Below, one piece after another: positions 9,587 to 20,502 of a DNA stretch of 64,000 bases; within the stretch, counting starts at the first letter, position 1, and every line of letters begins with the position of its first letter. The stretch spans positions 285,051-349,050 of the IMG/VR virus record IMGVR_UViG_3300024999_000029. The stretch is one strand, 5' to 3'. Under the pieces are notes generated by a model that was not told where the DNA came from, did not search any database, and worked only from the letters and a program-made list of their open reading frames with translations. The translations under genes were made by a program, and so were the position numbers.

Positions 9587-10802
9587 TAAATTTAGGGGCT
9601 TGGCAGCATAATACATAAACTGCTAAGAAAAATCTATTCTAATATACGGCGAAACTCCAGAGATGGACAACGCCTTCCAATTTTTAATGTTATTTATAAA
9701 ATAAAATAAAATCATCACAAATATAAACTAAAATATAAAAAGGGTGATATAATGGCTTTTCATAAAATCAAAAAGCAAGATAGTTTTGCGCAATGGTTTT
9801 TAGATAATTTTGGTATTGATAAATTCAATACATTAATAAAACATGAGAAAAACTTAGAAGTAGGATTAGATATATGGATGATATTTAAAAGAAGCACAGC
9901 TAAAATATGGTTCTATTGCGAAAATAAAAATTATCATGAATTTTGTATGTCAGCATATAATTATTATAAAGGTCAAAGATGTAAATATTGTGCAAGAACA
10001 AAATATATTCATCCTAAGGATTCTTTAGGACAGTATATTATTGATAATTTTGGAGAAGATTTTTTAAATATAATATGGTCAAGTAAAAATATAAAATCTC
10101 CTTTTAAATATTCAATAGGAACTGAAAAAAAAGTATGGTTTTCATGTATTAATGAAATACATGAAGATAAATTAAGACAAGTAAAAAATGCGGTAAGAGG
10201 CGATTTTTATTGTCCTTATTGTATGGAAAATAATAATTCTTCAAAATTACAAGAAAAGGTAAATCAATATATAAATTCATTAGGATATAAAATAAATACA
10301 GAATGTAATTGCACTATTATCCCTAAAAATCCAAAAACAAAATTTAATTTACCTTTTGATAATGAAATAGAAGAATTAAAATTAATAATTGAAGTCAATG
10401 GACGCCAACACTATGATGAAATTAGCAGTAATAGTAAGTGGCTCAATGGGAAAACAGCTAAAGAATATTTACATAATAGAAAACTTAAAGACAGATATAA
10501 AAAAATCTTTGCGAAATCGCAAGGATATTTTTATTTGGAGATTCCTTATTGGTGTGATGACTATAAAGAATCTTGGAAAGATTTAATAAACAATAAAATA
10601 AATAATATTAAAAAGGGAACAACGACTGAGACGAATAGACTACATTTCTGATGTAGATGCAACAGTCTGAACGTCACGCTATAATCTAAAAAATGAAACG
10701 TGAGAGAAATGGTCGCTGGTAATCAGACCAGCTAAAGAAGAACCGTTTCCGCTATCGAACAGATAGTCAGTAACCTTAAATCAAGGTGAAAGTAACAGAT
10801 TG
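9587..10802 (+). ncRNA. group I intron in tape measure gene
   Basis: P1 agcccU/Ggggcu with U.G at the splice site; terminal G10802; P10 uaaau/auuua; P7 aacGACUg...acAGUCug; removal restores GTALKSIISR. Confidence 0.85.
9752..10651 (+). CDS. intron-encoded putative homing endonuclease (Zn-ribbon repeats + Vsr/PD-(D/E)xK-like domain)
   Basis: Two WFxC...H...CxYC repeats and LPFD...IIEVNGRQHY; 3' end overlaps the intron core. Confidence 0.75.
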   Translation: MAFHKIKKQDSFAQWFLDNFGIDKFNTLIKHEKNLEVGLDIWMIFKRSTAKIWFYCENKNYHEFCMSAYNYYKGQRCKYCARTKYIHPKDSLGQYIIDNFGEDFLNIIWSSKNIKSPFKYSIGTEKKVWFSCINEIHEDKLRQVKNAVRGDFYCPYCMENNNSSKLQEKVNQYINSLGYKINTECNCTIIPKNPKTKFNLPFDNEIEELKLIIEVNGRQHYDEISSNSKWLNGKTAKEYLHNRKLKDRYKKIFAKSQGYFYLEIPYWCDDYKESWKDLINNKINNIKKGTTTETNRLHF

Positions 10803-13800
10803 TAAATCCATAATTTCCAGAACATTTCGTATAGGCGAAGAAGGTGCTGAAGATGCAGGTAAAACAGAAGAGTATCTTAATTCTATAGGTATTGCTGTCA
10901 GAAAATCAGCTACAGAATTTAGGGATTTTTCTGGCATATTAGATGATATTAAAGGTAGATGGGGTTCTTTAACATCTACGGAAAAAAGTGCTTTAGCTCA
11001 ACAAATGGCTGGAACCTGGCATTATTCAAAATTTATTGCATTAATGGAAAATTATGGAATAGCACAAGATGCAACCAATAAAGCAATGAATAGTCAAAAT
11101 TCAGCATTACAAGAAAATGCAAAATATATGAATAGTGTTGCTGGTAAAGTTGGACTATTTAAAGTTTCGTTAGAAAATTTATATTCCACAATTTTATCAT
11201 CTGATGCTTTAAAAAATATATTAGATGGTTTAATTAAATTTATAGAAGTCACAAATAGAGTTGTGACAGGATTGGGCGGATTTAATACAGCTTTATTATT
11301 AATAATTAATACTTTAATAATATTTAAAAGTAAGGCAATTGCTAGTGCTATAACAAGTGTATGGGCATACATTGCCGCTTTCGGTTTAGCCGAAACAGCA
11401 ACACTTGGGTTTAGTGCGGCAGTTAGTGTATTAAATACTGCTTTATTAGCATTGCTTAAAAATCCTATAACATGGATACTTGCGGCAGTGGGAACATTGA
11501 CTATTGGTATTTTTTCATGGATTAATGCTAATCAAAAATTAAAAGAATCAATAATTGAAACAAATAAAGCTCAACTAGATTTTAACTTGGCTGTTAAAGA
11601 TTTTTATCAAGATATGTCACCTGATAAAGTAAATGCAACTGCACAAGCTTTTGAAAATTTAAAAAAGCAACTTAATTATAAAAATGATAATGATTTACAA
11701 GAAGATATTAATAAAATTCAAGAGTTAAGAAAAGAATCTGAATGGGCTAAAAAAGTTTTATCTGATTCTGGCCGTAGTTCATATGAAAAGAATTTAGCTC
11801 AAAAAATATTACAACAACTATCTGATTTAGAAGATAAAACTAAAAAATACACTGAAGCTCAAAAAGAATTAGATACACAAAAGGCAATTACCAACATACT
11901 AGATACAGAATCCCAGAATAATATTGCCAAAAAGGTTAAAGGGAAATTATCTGAATTAGATGCAGACAAAGAATTGATAAAACAGTATGAAAAAAGCGTT
12001 AAAGCTGGAAAAGAAGATAAAGAGATTCGTGACCAAATTTTAGATAAATATCCTCAATATCTTAAAATGATTGGTGAGCATTCAGATAAAATTGGCATTA
12101 ACACAGATACATTAAAAATTAATATAGATATTCAAGAAACTCTTGCAAAAGCTGAAATAGTAGAAGCACAAGTAGCAATGCGGGCAAGCTTAGATAAGAC
12201 AACTACAATTGTAGAACAAACTAAGCAAAGAATAACGGCGTTAAAAGAAGAGCAATCCGCACTAGTAGCTATAAGTAAACCTATTTCTGTAGCTGATGTA
12301 GAAATTTCACCAGCTACAGAAATATTTAATGATCGAATAGAAGAAAAGTTTTCTCAAATAGTTGAGGCTGAAAAGGGTTTGGAACGACTTCAGTCAGCTA
12401 TTGAAATTCAAAAAGGCTCTTTAGAATTAACTCCAGAACAAATTTTAGCTGCTGCAAAATCAGGTAAAAAAGGATATTTTTCAGATTCAGATGGAGATAA
12501 ATCTTCCTTGCCAACTCTTAAAGAAGCAGTTGCTCGTGAAGAGTTAACTAAAGAACTTGTTAAGGCTTATAATAAAGAAGTTGATATATCAGATGTTAAG
12601 ATTAAACATCTTGAGAGACAACTTAAAATAAATGACGAACAAAAAAATTATAATAGAGAGCTTGAATTAACTAATTCACTTATATCAAACCAAGAGGCTA
12701 AAATTGGTCAACTTGGGACAGCTAATAAAAGTATAACAAAAGAGGCAGATAAACTACGTGCCGATAATCTTAAATTTGACACAACCAAGTGGTTTGATGT
12801 GGGTGGAGAAGCAACAGTAGATTATAGGAAACTTCTTAATTCATTTGCTATTGAATCAGAAAAAATACGTGCCAAAGCAGAAAAAACTAATACTAAAACA
12901 GCTATTCAAGAATCAAATAAACAGATTCAGGCTTTAGAAAATCAAAAGAAAAAAATTGAGGAATTATTTAACAATATTTATGCTCTTAAAAAGGCTTATG
13001 CTTCTAATACGGACGAAATATTAAAGACTGAAGATGCAGTTGATTCATTAAAACAAAGTGTTGTTAAATTAAATGAAGAACAAAAGAAACTCCAAGAAGA
13101 ACTTTACAAAAAGCAAAAAAAATCTCTTGAAGAAATTTTAGATTTAGTCACTGAGATGATTAAGCAAGAAGCGGAAGATCAAATTGACGCACTTGAAGAA
13201 CAAGTTGATAAATATAAAGAAATAATTAGTGCAAAAAAAGAAGCATTGAAGCTTACTGAAGAACAACACGATTATGAGAAGTCTTTAGCTGAAAAACAAA
13301 AAGATATATCTAAGATTCAAAATCGTCTTTTAGAATTAAGTCTTGATGATAGTCGTGCAGCACAGGCTGAAAGACTTAAATTAGAAGAAGACTTAGCAGA
13401 TAAAACATCGGATTTAGATGAGTTGCAACATGATAGAAGTATTGAACTTCAAGAGCAAGCTTTAGATAAAGAATTAAAACAGTTTGAAGATACTAAAGAC
13501 AAAGAGATTAAAGAAATTAAAGATTATCTTGATAAATCTGGACGTTTAACTGCCGATGCTATGAAATTAATTAATACTCAAGGTGATACGGTTTATAACA
13601 ATTTAGTAAAATGGAATGAATTGTACGGAGATTCGATTGAAAATAATGTAAAAAATTCCTGGGAGAGTGCTAAACAAGCCTTAAATAGTTATAAAAACTC
13701 TTTGAATCAAATTGATTATAATTTTGCATCACAAACTCTTAGCGATACTTTAAATGAGAGCGATATTATTGCTCAAATGCAAGCAAATTCTAAGTCTTGG

Positions 13801-14244
13801 TCTAATGCTAGTCCTGAATATAAAAAAGAGCTTGCGGCAGAGAATCTTAGACTTGGAACAAGTATAGGATTAACCAGAGATGATAAGACTGGCATTTGGT
13901 ATGATAAAAGTGGAGTTAGAGCTTATGCTGGTGGTGGCACAAGTACTGAAACTCAACTTGCATTATTACATGGCACAAAAGCTAATCCAGAATGGATTCT
14001 TAATTCAGGTCAAATGAAAAGTTTGATTACTAATTTGACTTTACCTCAATTCAAGATGCCTGAAGTTAAGGGATTATCTAATGGCAGTGGGGTTCAAATT
14101 GGTAGTTTGATTACAGTAAATGGAAATGTAGATAAAGCAGCTATGCCAAAACTTGAAACTGTTGTAAATCAAGCAGTTGATAAGTTGGTTAATACGATGG
14201 GACTTAGGGGCAATACTAGGTCGACAAAATCATATAGCATTTAG
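10803..14244 (+). CDS. tail tape measure protein, exon 2
   Basis: Continues the TMP domain (RDFSGILDDI), hydrophobic segment, long coiled coil, YAGGG...LHGT...PEWIL C-terminus. Confidence 0.85.
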
Positions 14245-14335
14245 TTTTATAGGGTATTGCAGAAATGTAATGCCCTTTGTTTTGAGAATAATTAAAAATT
14301 TAAATAGATATTAAAAAATTAAGGTGGTGAAATAA

Positions 14336-15124
14336 TTGGCTATACAGGCTTTAAATTTTATATATGACAATATTTCAAGCGAGGTATTTTCGGTCAAGAT
14401 TGTGAATTTTAACTCCAGTGGTTTACAAGAAAATAATTTTGGAGGTAACGTAATTCCGATTTATGAATCAATAAAAAGAAAACATAATGTGTTTTTGTAT
14501 GGGACTCAGCCGTCACAACCATTAGAATTTGAATTGAATATTGCAACAGAGGGAGAAGAACTTGACAGTTATTCACTAGGAGCATTGGGCAAGTGGCTCT
14601 TTGGTCATCAAGATTGGAAATGGCTACAAATTGAGCAAGTTTCATATGAAGGGTTATGGTTTAAGTGTTTATTATTAGATCCTCAAGTTATTTCAGTTGG
14701 TAATATGAATATAGGCTTTAAATGTAAGGTATTCTGTGACAGTTCATATGTATATTCTGATGAGTTTACATATAACCACAATATCACTACTTCTAATCAG
14801 CAAATTACATTTAATAATTTAAGTGATGCTAACTTGTATTTATATCCCTATATATCCTTCACAACGTCTAGTACAACTACTAGCTTCAGTATAAAAAATT
14901 CCTCAGATAGTGATAGAGAATTTAAATTTACAAGTATTGCAAATAATGAGACTATAACTGTGAATAATGATTTAAAAATTATAACGTCTAGTACATCTAA
15001 TAATAGATTGAGTAATTTTAATTTAAAGTGGTTGAGGTTAGTTCCAGGAACTAATAATTTAGTAGTTAATGGGAATGGTAGTATGTTTTTAAGAATGAGA
15101 TTCCCAGTTAAGGTTGGTGGGTAA
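14336..15124 (+). CDS. distal tail protein (Dit)
   Basis: Directly after TMP; NFIYDNISS start, WLRLVPGTNNL end. Confidence 0.75.
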   Translation: MAIQALNFIYDNISSEVFSVKIVNFNSSGLQENNFGGNVIPIYESIKRKHNVFLYGTQPSQPLEFELNIATEGEELDSYSLGALGKWLFGHQDWKWLQIEQVSYEGLWFKCLLLDPQVISVGNMNIGFKCKVFCDSSYVYSDEFTYNHNITTSNQQITFNNLSDANLYLYPYISFTTSSTTTSFSIKNSSDSDREFKFTSIANNETITVNNDLKIITSSTSNNRLSNFNLKWLRLVPGTNNLVVNGNGSMFLRMRFPVKVGG

Positions 15125-15325
15125 ATTCCTTCGCAATAAGAAAATATTTTTTGTAGAAAATAGTAAAACAATATATTATAATCAATAATAAGAATAATTA
15201 TTCATATATTATGAAATATTGTTGTCAAATATACCATAATATGCTAAAATAAATTATACAGTTCTACAAATACTTTAATCCATTTGAGTTATATTATATT
15301 CAAATAAGCTTATTGAGGTGTTTGT

Positions 15326-15553
15326 ATGAATAAACGAATAAGAAAGAAAAAACAAATAAATGAGGAGGCGAATGATATGAGTGTTGCAACTATTAATAAT
15401 AGGAGTTATAATTCACTTGATTTGAATAAATTAAAAAGTAAAAAACATACTATTATATCCTCAAAAGAAGCACTCAAAGATATTACTCCTATTGAATGGT
15501 CTGAAGATGTTTTGTCTGGGAAAAAGAAAGTCATTATTGACTGTAACAAATGA
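15326..15553 (+). CDS. small protein, candidate antitoxin (alternative start 15377)
   Basis: Directly upstream of the PemK-like gene; motif EALKDITPIEWSEDVLSGKKKV. Confidence 0.5.
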   Translation: MNKRIRKKKQINEEANDMSVATINNRSYNSLDLNKLKSKKHTIISSKEALKDITPIEWSEDVLSGKKKVIIDCNK

Positions 15554-15571
15554 TATTTTTGGGGGCATACG

Positions 15572-15976
15572 ATGTGTAAGGTCGGAGACATTATTTTAAT
15601 TAAGAATTATATAGTTAATGGTGTACATTTAACAAAACATTCTTTCGTAGTTTTAAATGATAAAGCGGGACAAATTCAAGGCTTAGATTACGATATAATA
15701 TGCAATACCATGTCTTCATTTAAAAATGAGGAGCAACGAAAGAAAAAGTTGAGTTATTCTAGTAATTTTGAGATATTACATAATGATCAAGTTATAAGTA
15801 ATGGTGGAAATGATATAGATGGCTTTATAAAAGCGGAACAATTTTATTATTTTGATAAAGATAAAATTGATTATATGGTTATTGGCACTATGAAAGCAGA
15901 AGCTTTTAATTTATTATTAGAATTTATAGATGAATTAGAAATACCAATTCAAGATGTAGTAGATAATTTAAAGTAA
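15572..15976 (+). CDS. PemK/MazF-like putative toxin
   Basis: KVGDIILI...HSFVVL...SSF...FIKAEQFY pattern of the PemK fold; canonical RP replaced by HS. Confidence 0.5.
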   Translation: MCKVGDIILIKNYIVNGVHLTKHSFVVLNDKAGQIQGLDYDIICNTMSSFKNEEQRKKKLSYSSNFEILHNDQVISNGGNDIDGFIKAEQFYYFDKDKIDYMVIGTMKAEAFNLLLEFIDELEIPIQDVVDNLK

Positions 15977-16129
15977 TTTTACTGATTTTTAAGACCTCTC
16001 TAACTAGAGGTCTTATTCATTGTAAATAACCTCCTTTTCAGTAATATTATACTTGCATAATATTTTCCATAAGATATAATAATTATATCAATATAAAAAT
16101 ATATAAATCACTGAGAAGGAGAGATAAAA

Positions 16130-17086
16130 ATGAATAAATGTACTAAATGTGGGGCTATCAACACAGATGAAACAATATATTGTGAGTGTGGTGAACCTTT
16201 GAATGACAATATTTCCGATAGAGATAATTCAATAAGCAAGGAACTGAGAAATACACTTATTTTTGGTGGAATATTCGCTATTGTTGTATTATTTATAATT
16301 ATTATTACTAATGTAAATAGTAAGTACCAACAGCCAGATCATAGCGAGCAGTCAAATGTAAGTATAGATGATAATGAAATAAAAATGAATAATTACAAAA
16401 ATGAGCTAAAAGATAAAATGTCATCTATTATTAAAAAATATGATTTTGCCACATCATTCGAACTTGATAGTGATATGGATGCTCATATGACGATAAAAGT
16501 TAATGATAAATTTGACAAATTAAGTAATGTAGAAAAGTATAAGGTATTAAGTAATTTATATCATGATTTTAAGGAAACAATAAATGAATGTATTATGGAT
16601 AAACTTGATAGCAGTTATATAGATACTGATATAGGGAAGCGTATTTTAGCCATTTCACCAAAAGGAACATTTACACAAAATTATGATCACCTAACATTGC
16701 CAGATGGGAAAGAAGTATGCGAGGACGATACACTAACAAAAGAAGAAAAAAAGCAACAACAGGAGGAAATAGAACAATTTAAAAAACAACAAAATCTTAT
16801 TGATAGTAGCGTGAATGGTTTAATTATTCAAAATGAAAAGATATGGACAAATGATGGCGATTATAGTTATTTTAAAGGAAGAGTTAAGAATATCGGCAAT
16901 TTAGACATTACATATTGGAAATTAACGCTTGAACTTTGTGATAGCAATGAAAATGTATTAGATACAGATTATACAAACTCATCGGAAACAATTAGACCTG
17001 GAAATATGAAAGAGTTTGAAATAATGCATAAATATGACTCTGAGTATAAAAAAGCAAGAGTTTTTATAGATGAAGCTAAGAACTAA
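16130..17086 (+). CDS. Zn-ribbon, single-TM, C-terminal FxLYD-like domain protein (moron)
   Basis: CTKCG...CECG, TM helix, GRVKNIG...LELCDSNENVLD...IRPG. Confidence 0.7.
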   Translation: MNKCTKCGAINTDETIYCECGEPLNDNISDRDNSISKELRNTLIFGGIFAIVVLFIIIITNVNSKYQQPDHSEQSNVSIDDNEIKMNNYKNELKDKMSSIIKKYDFATSFELDSDMDAHMTIKVNDKFDKLSNVEKYKVLSNLYHDFKETINECIMDKLDSSYIDTDIGKRILAISPKGTFTQNYDHLTLPDGKEVCEDDTLTKEEKKQQQEEIEQFKKQQNLIDSSVNGLIIQNEKIWTNDGDYSYFKGRVKNIGNLDITYWKLTLELCDSNENVLDTDYTNSSETIRPGNMKEFEIMHKYDSEYKKARVFIDEAKN

Positions 17087-17308
17087 TTATATTATTAATG
17101 TAAAAGATTTATTTAAACTGGTGATGAGCCAGTTTTCTTTTTATAAAAATCTCTAATAATTTTCACCTCAACTTTTATTAAAATATTGATAATTCTAATA
17201 TTTCTCTTGACAAATTATTAATATATTGATAATATTAATATATTAAGAAATTTTATATTGATTAATTTTATGGTATAATCAAAATAAAAATGTTAATGAG
17301 GGATATTA

Positions 17309-17545
17309 ATGGAAGTAATGATTAAATTAAAAATAAATGAAAAAATTGAAGAGTACAGAAAAGACACAGGAGCAACGAAAACTTGGATTTCTCATAAACT
17401 TGGAATGAGTAAACAAAGATTGTCCAATATCGGCAACGGGGACAATATTACTTTAAAATTATTACTAAGAGTTGCAATATTTCTAAATTGTAAAACCGAA
17501 GATTTATACGAATATAGTATTGTTGACGATAATATTCAATCTTAG
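17309..17545 (+). CDS. Cro/C1-type HTH regulator
   Basis: HTH_26-like (LGMSKQRLSNI...IAIFLNCKTEDLYEY); upstream TTGACA promoter with repeated ATATTGAT boxes. Confidence 0.8.
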   Translation: MEVMIKLKINEKIEEYRKDTGATKTWISHKLGMSKQRLSNIGNGDNITLKLLLRVAIFLNCKTEDLYEYSIVDDNIQS

Positions 17546-17651
17546 ATATTTTTGTATTTATTTTTGTTGACATTATTCAAACTCTTTTGTATACTATTAA
17601 TGCAAGGTAGATTTTACCTTTTGTAAAAAATAATATATAGGAGGGTTTATT

Positions 17652-17951
17652 GTGAGTAGATTAAAAACAATTACGATTAATGAATTTGAAAATGATTTTA
17701 GTAAATTAGAAGGAAAATCAGTTTGCGTAGATATCAAAGGGTCTATAAATTTATTGAAGGTTATAACCAACTTCAACGTATGGCAAGACGAAAATAAAAT
17801 TACATTGTTTGATCATGAAGATGAATCCGAAGTTAATATTAAAAAAGATGTTATTGATTGTATTGTAAAAGATAGACATGATACGAGTTTATTTTTAAAG
17901 AATGGTATGGAAGTTAATGTTTATGGGCAGGAGGACGTTGATCATGAATAA
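17652..17951 (+). CDS. hypothetical protein
   Basis: AGGAGG RBS; TTGACA-17-TATACT promoter at about 17567. Confidence 0.65.
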   Translation: MSRLKTITINEFENDFSKLEGKSVCVDIKGSINLLKVITNFNVWQDENKITLFDHEDESEVNIKKDVIDCIVKDRHDTSLFLKNGMEVNVYGQEDVDHE

Positions 17952-18726
17952 TTTAATGATAAAAGAAGTAAGTTTCAACGGAGATAGTTTACTGGCGGTT
18001 AAGAATAATTATGATAGTAAAATATATGTCGGAGTTAGTTATATCTGTAATGGTATAGGGTTATCTGAAGGACAGATGAAAAATGAAAGAAAGAAAATAC
18101 AGGAAGATTTAGTCCTTTCTAAAGGGGGACGAAATTTAATCCTCCCTACAAATGGTGGCAATCAAGAGGTTTTGGGTATAGAATTAGACTTCCTCCCTCT
18201 TTGGTTGGCTAAGATTTCTATCACTCCTAAAATGATAAAAGATAATCCTGATGTAGTAAGCAAACTTGTTGATTATCAATTGAAAGCAAAAGACGTTTTA
18301 GCAAAAGCATTTATATATGGAGAATACAACTTGCCAACCACATATAAAGAAGCACTAATACAATTGCTTACTGTAGTTGAGCAAAAAGAAAAGATTGAAG
18401 AACAAAACAAAGTACTTATTCCAAAGGCTGAAGGATATGATGTATTAATTGCAGCAGATGGTTATCAAAACATGAATGAGGTAGCCAAGGCATTTTCAAT
18501 TGGTCGCAATAAATTATTTAAATTACTAAGAAATGAAAAAATTCTCATGGACAACAACGTACCTTATCAAAAATACATCAACAATAATTATTTTTTAGTT
18601 AAAGAGATATCAATTAGTCGTGGCAATTACTACTATAATGGCCTGCAAACGTTTATTACAGCTAGAGGATTGGGCTTCTTAAAGGACTTGCTAAAAGAAA
18701 ACGGCTACTTGCAAAGTATAGCCTAA
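17944..18726 (+). CDS. phage antirepressor (P22 AR-N + KilAC/ANT)
   Basis: LPTNGGNQEVLGIELDFLPLWLAKI; IGRNKLFKLLR...NVPYQKYI. Confidence 0.85.
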   Translation: MNNLMIKEVSFNGDSLLAVKNNYDSKIYVGVSYICNGIGLSEGQMKNERKKIQEDLVLSKGGRNLILPTNGGNQEVLGIELDFLPLWLAKISITPKMIKDNPDVVSKLVDYQLKAKDVLAKAFIYGEYNLPTTYKEALIQLLTVVEQKEKIEEQNKVLIPKAEGYDVLIAADGYQNMNEVAKAFSIGRNKLFKLLRNEKILMDNNVPYQKYINNNYFLVKEISISRGNYYYNGLQTFITARGLGFLKDLLKENGYLQSIA

Positions 18727-18744
18727 ACAAATATCAAACAAAAG

Positions 18745-19017
18745 ATGAGATTTGACTTAGACTATATAATCAACTTATGCAGACCCAATAATATCTCCGT
18801 CAAAGTTATTGTTAATAAATACGGTGGAGATGATATACTATTAACACACAGGCGGGACACCTATAAGGTACAGCAAGAAGATGATTGCTATATTTTGCTA
18901 AAGCGAAATTGTGCTCAAAATCCAAAAAGACGTGAATATTATCATCTAGTTAAAAATGCTGGAGATAATGGTAAGTTTTATAGTTTGAAAGATTTGATTT
19001 TTGGGATAATTAAATAA
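18745..19017 (+). CDS. hypothetical protein, paralog of 663..1016
   Basis: Shared N.YG..D.L.T....TYK.Q....CY.LL.RN...N.K..E.YH motif. Confidence 0.7.
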   Translation: MRFDLDYIINLCRPNNISVKVIVNKYGGDDILLTHRRDTYKVQQEDDCYILLKRNCAQNPKRREYYHLVKNAGDNGKFYSLKDLIFGIIK

Positions 19018-19104
19018 ATATAAAATCCAAGCAAGTAGCGGATAGTTCTCTACCCGCTTTTTGTTTTTATAGTAAATTAAAATATAATTTAGAAAGGTAG
19101 AATA

Positions 19105-19434
19105 ATGGAGTTAAAAGAAAATATTTTAGGTCAATTACATATATATTACGAATCAGTAAGTAGTGACTGTAAACCTATGGCTTTTTTCCCTATTCAAGAA
19201 CGATATGTTGAAGAAATAAAAAACTATGTTTTCTCTCGGAAATTAAACATCCATATTGAACCTTTATCAGATGGTTGGTTTACTATTTATATATATAAAT
19301 ATGATTATTTAATTCATATTATAGAAAATTTGCCCCAAAAACCACAAACTCCCTATGACCATTGGGTTATAGGAAAAGCCTGTGGCTATTCAGATTCAGC
19401 TATTGGTGAGTTTATCAAGTCAAAATTTAAGTAA
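19105..19434 (+). CDS. hypothetical protein (DUF2023-like)
   Basis: LHIYYE...TPYDHWVIGKACGYS. Confidence 0.5.
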   Translation: MELKENILGQLHIYYESVSSDCKPMAFFPIQERYVEEIKNYVFSRKLNIHIEPLSDGWFTIYIYKYDYLIHIIENLPQKPQTPYDHWVIGKACGYSDSAIGEFIKSKFK

Positions 19435-19471
19435 TTATTGTGTTACAATTAGAGCATTTTTTTCAACATAC

Positions 19472-19499
19472 TTGACATATAACCATGCTATGGTATAAT
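19472..19499 (+). promoter_or_regulatory. sigA promoter, near-identical to CptIN promoter at 24963
   Basis: TTGACA-16-TATAAT with extended -10 TG. Confidence 0.8.
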
Positions 19500-19544
19500 T
19501 AAATTAAGGTAGAATAAAATATCTTATGTAGTTTATATAATATC

Positions 19545-19635
19545 TGTCGGGATGGAGACGAAAAACTCATTCTCATTGGTCGGGATGAAGACCTAAAACT
19601 CATTCCCATTGCAGAGTGAACTGCTAAAAATCAGT
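19545..19635 (+). ncRNA. tandem 33-nt pseudoknot repeats (2 full + 1 degenerate), candidate RNA antitoxin
   Basis: tgtc-gggatgga-gacg-aaaaac-tcattctc-att / ggtc-gggatgaa-gacc-taaaac-tcattccc-att / gcag-agtgaa-ctgc-taaaaa-tca; covarying stem 1 and 7-bp loop pairing. Confidence 0.7.
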
Positions 19636-19666
19636 AAAAGATGGCTTAGGTCATCTTTTTACTTTT
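19633..19666 (+). terminator. terminator between repeats and nuclease gene
   Basis: aaaagatggc-ttag-gtcatctttt followed by T-rich tail. Confidence 0.75.
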
Positions 19667-19680
19667 AATAGGAGATACAT

Positions 19681-20397
19681 ATGACAGAAGAAAAAAGTTT
19701 TAAAAAACGTGTAAAAGATGAAATTATAAATGGTGCAAAGATTTATAAGGAAAATTTTGTGGATTATGAATATCTTATATGTTCAGAAGCTTTTACTGCT
19801 AAAGAATTTTATACTATTGACGCAAAAGAAGATAATTATCAACATTTAACTGGAGTTAATTCCTTAATTGCATCAAAAGATTTTTTTAACAAGTCATATG
19901 ATAAAACTCTTCAAGAATCTGATTTTGATTTTAATAAGCGTGGGCAAAGTGAAAAATCAGTAAAAGGTTCTGTAAGAAGAAAAATTAGTGTTTTGCCTAA
20001 TATTATACATATTTTTGAGAATGGTACATTAGTAGAAGAAAATCTTATAAAAAATCAAATTAAATGTTCTTTTGCAACCACCGATAAGAAATGTACATTA
20101 GGCTTTATTGACTTGACAAAATCAAGACCTATGTCTTTACTTAAAGGTGACGAGATTGACAATACAAAAGCTAAAAACATTGACTTGCTTTTAAGGAAGC
20201 ATATATCCAAAGATAAATTTAATGAAATTATAATTGGTGATTTTGTCGCATTGCAAAAATATAGAGAAAACATAGAAGCGTTTTTAGATGAAAAAATTAT
20301 AACGGAACTAGATAAAATGAAAGTACTCTTAGTCAAACAGGAATTACAAGAAGCTCAAGAGCAAGTTGCTTCGGGCGAATATGTAAGACCTCTCTGA
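19681..20397 (+). CDS. PBECR4-like (BECR-fold) RNase, candidate toxin
   Basis: AKIYKENF...NYQHLTGV...KISVLPNI...CTLGF...PMSLLK pattern. Confidence 0.7.
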   Translation: MTEEKSFKKRVKDEIINGAKIYKENFVDYEYLICSEAFTAKEFYTIDAKEDNYQHLTGVNSLIASKDFFNKSYDKTLQESDFDFNKRGQSEKSVKGSVRRKISVLPNIIHIFENGTLVEENLIKNQIKCSFATTDKKCTLGFIDLTKSRPMSLLKGDEIDNTKAKNIDLLLRKHISKDKFNEIIIGDFVALQKYRENIEAFLDEKIITELDKMKVLLVKQELQEAQEQVASGEYVRPL

Positions 20398-20502
20398 GTG
20401 GAGTTAAAAATTTGTCAAATTTAAGTAAATTAAAAATATAAATAAATCAGCATGAAGAGAGGAAAACACCTCTCTTTTATTATATAAAAAAGAGGTGAAA
20501 TA

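Noticed and set aside
9587-10802. Programmed frameshift, intein or group II intron in TMP
   Set aside because: Group I P1/P7/P10 signatures and an exact in-frame splice explain it; no RT or intein motifs
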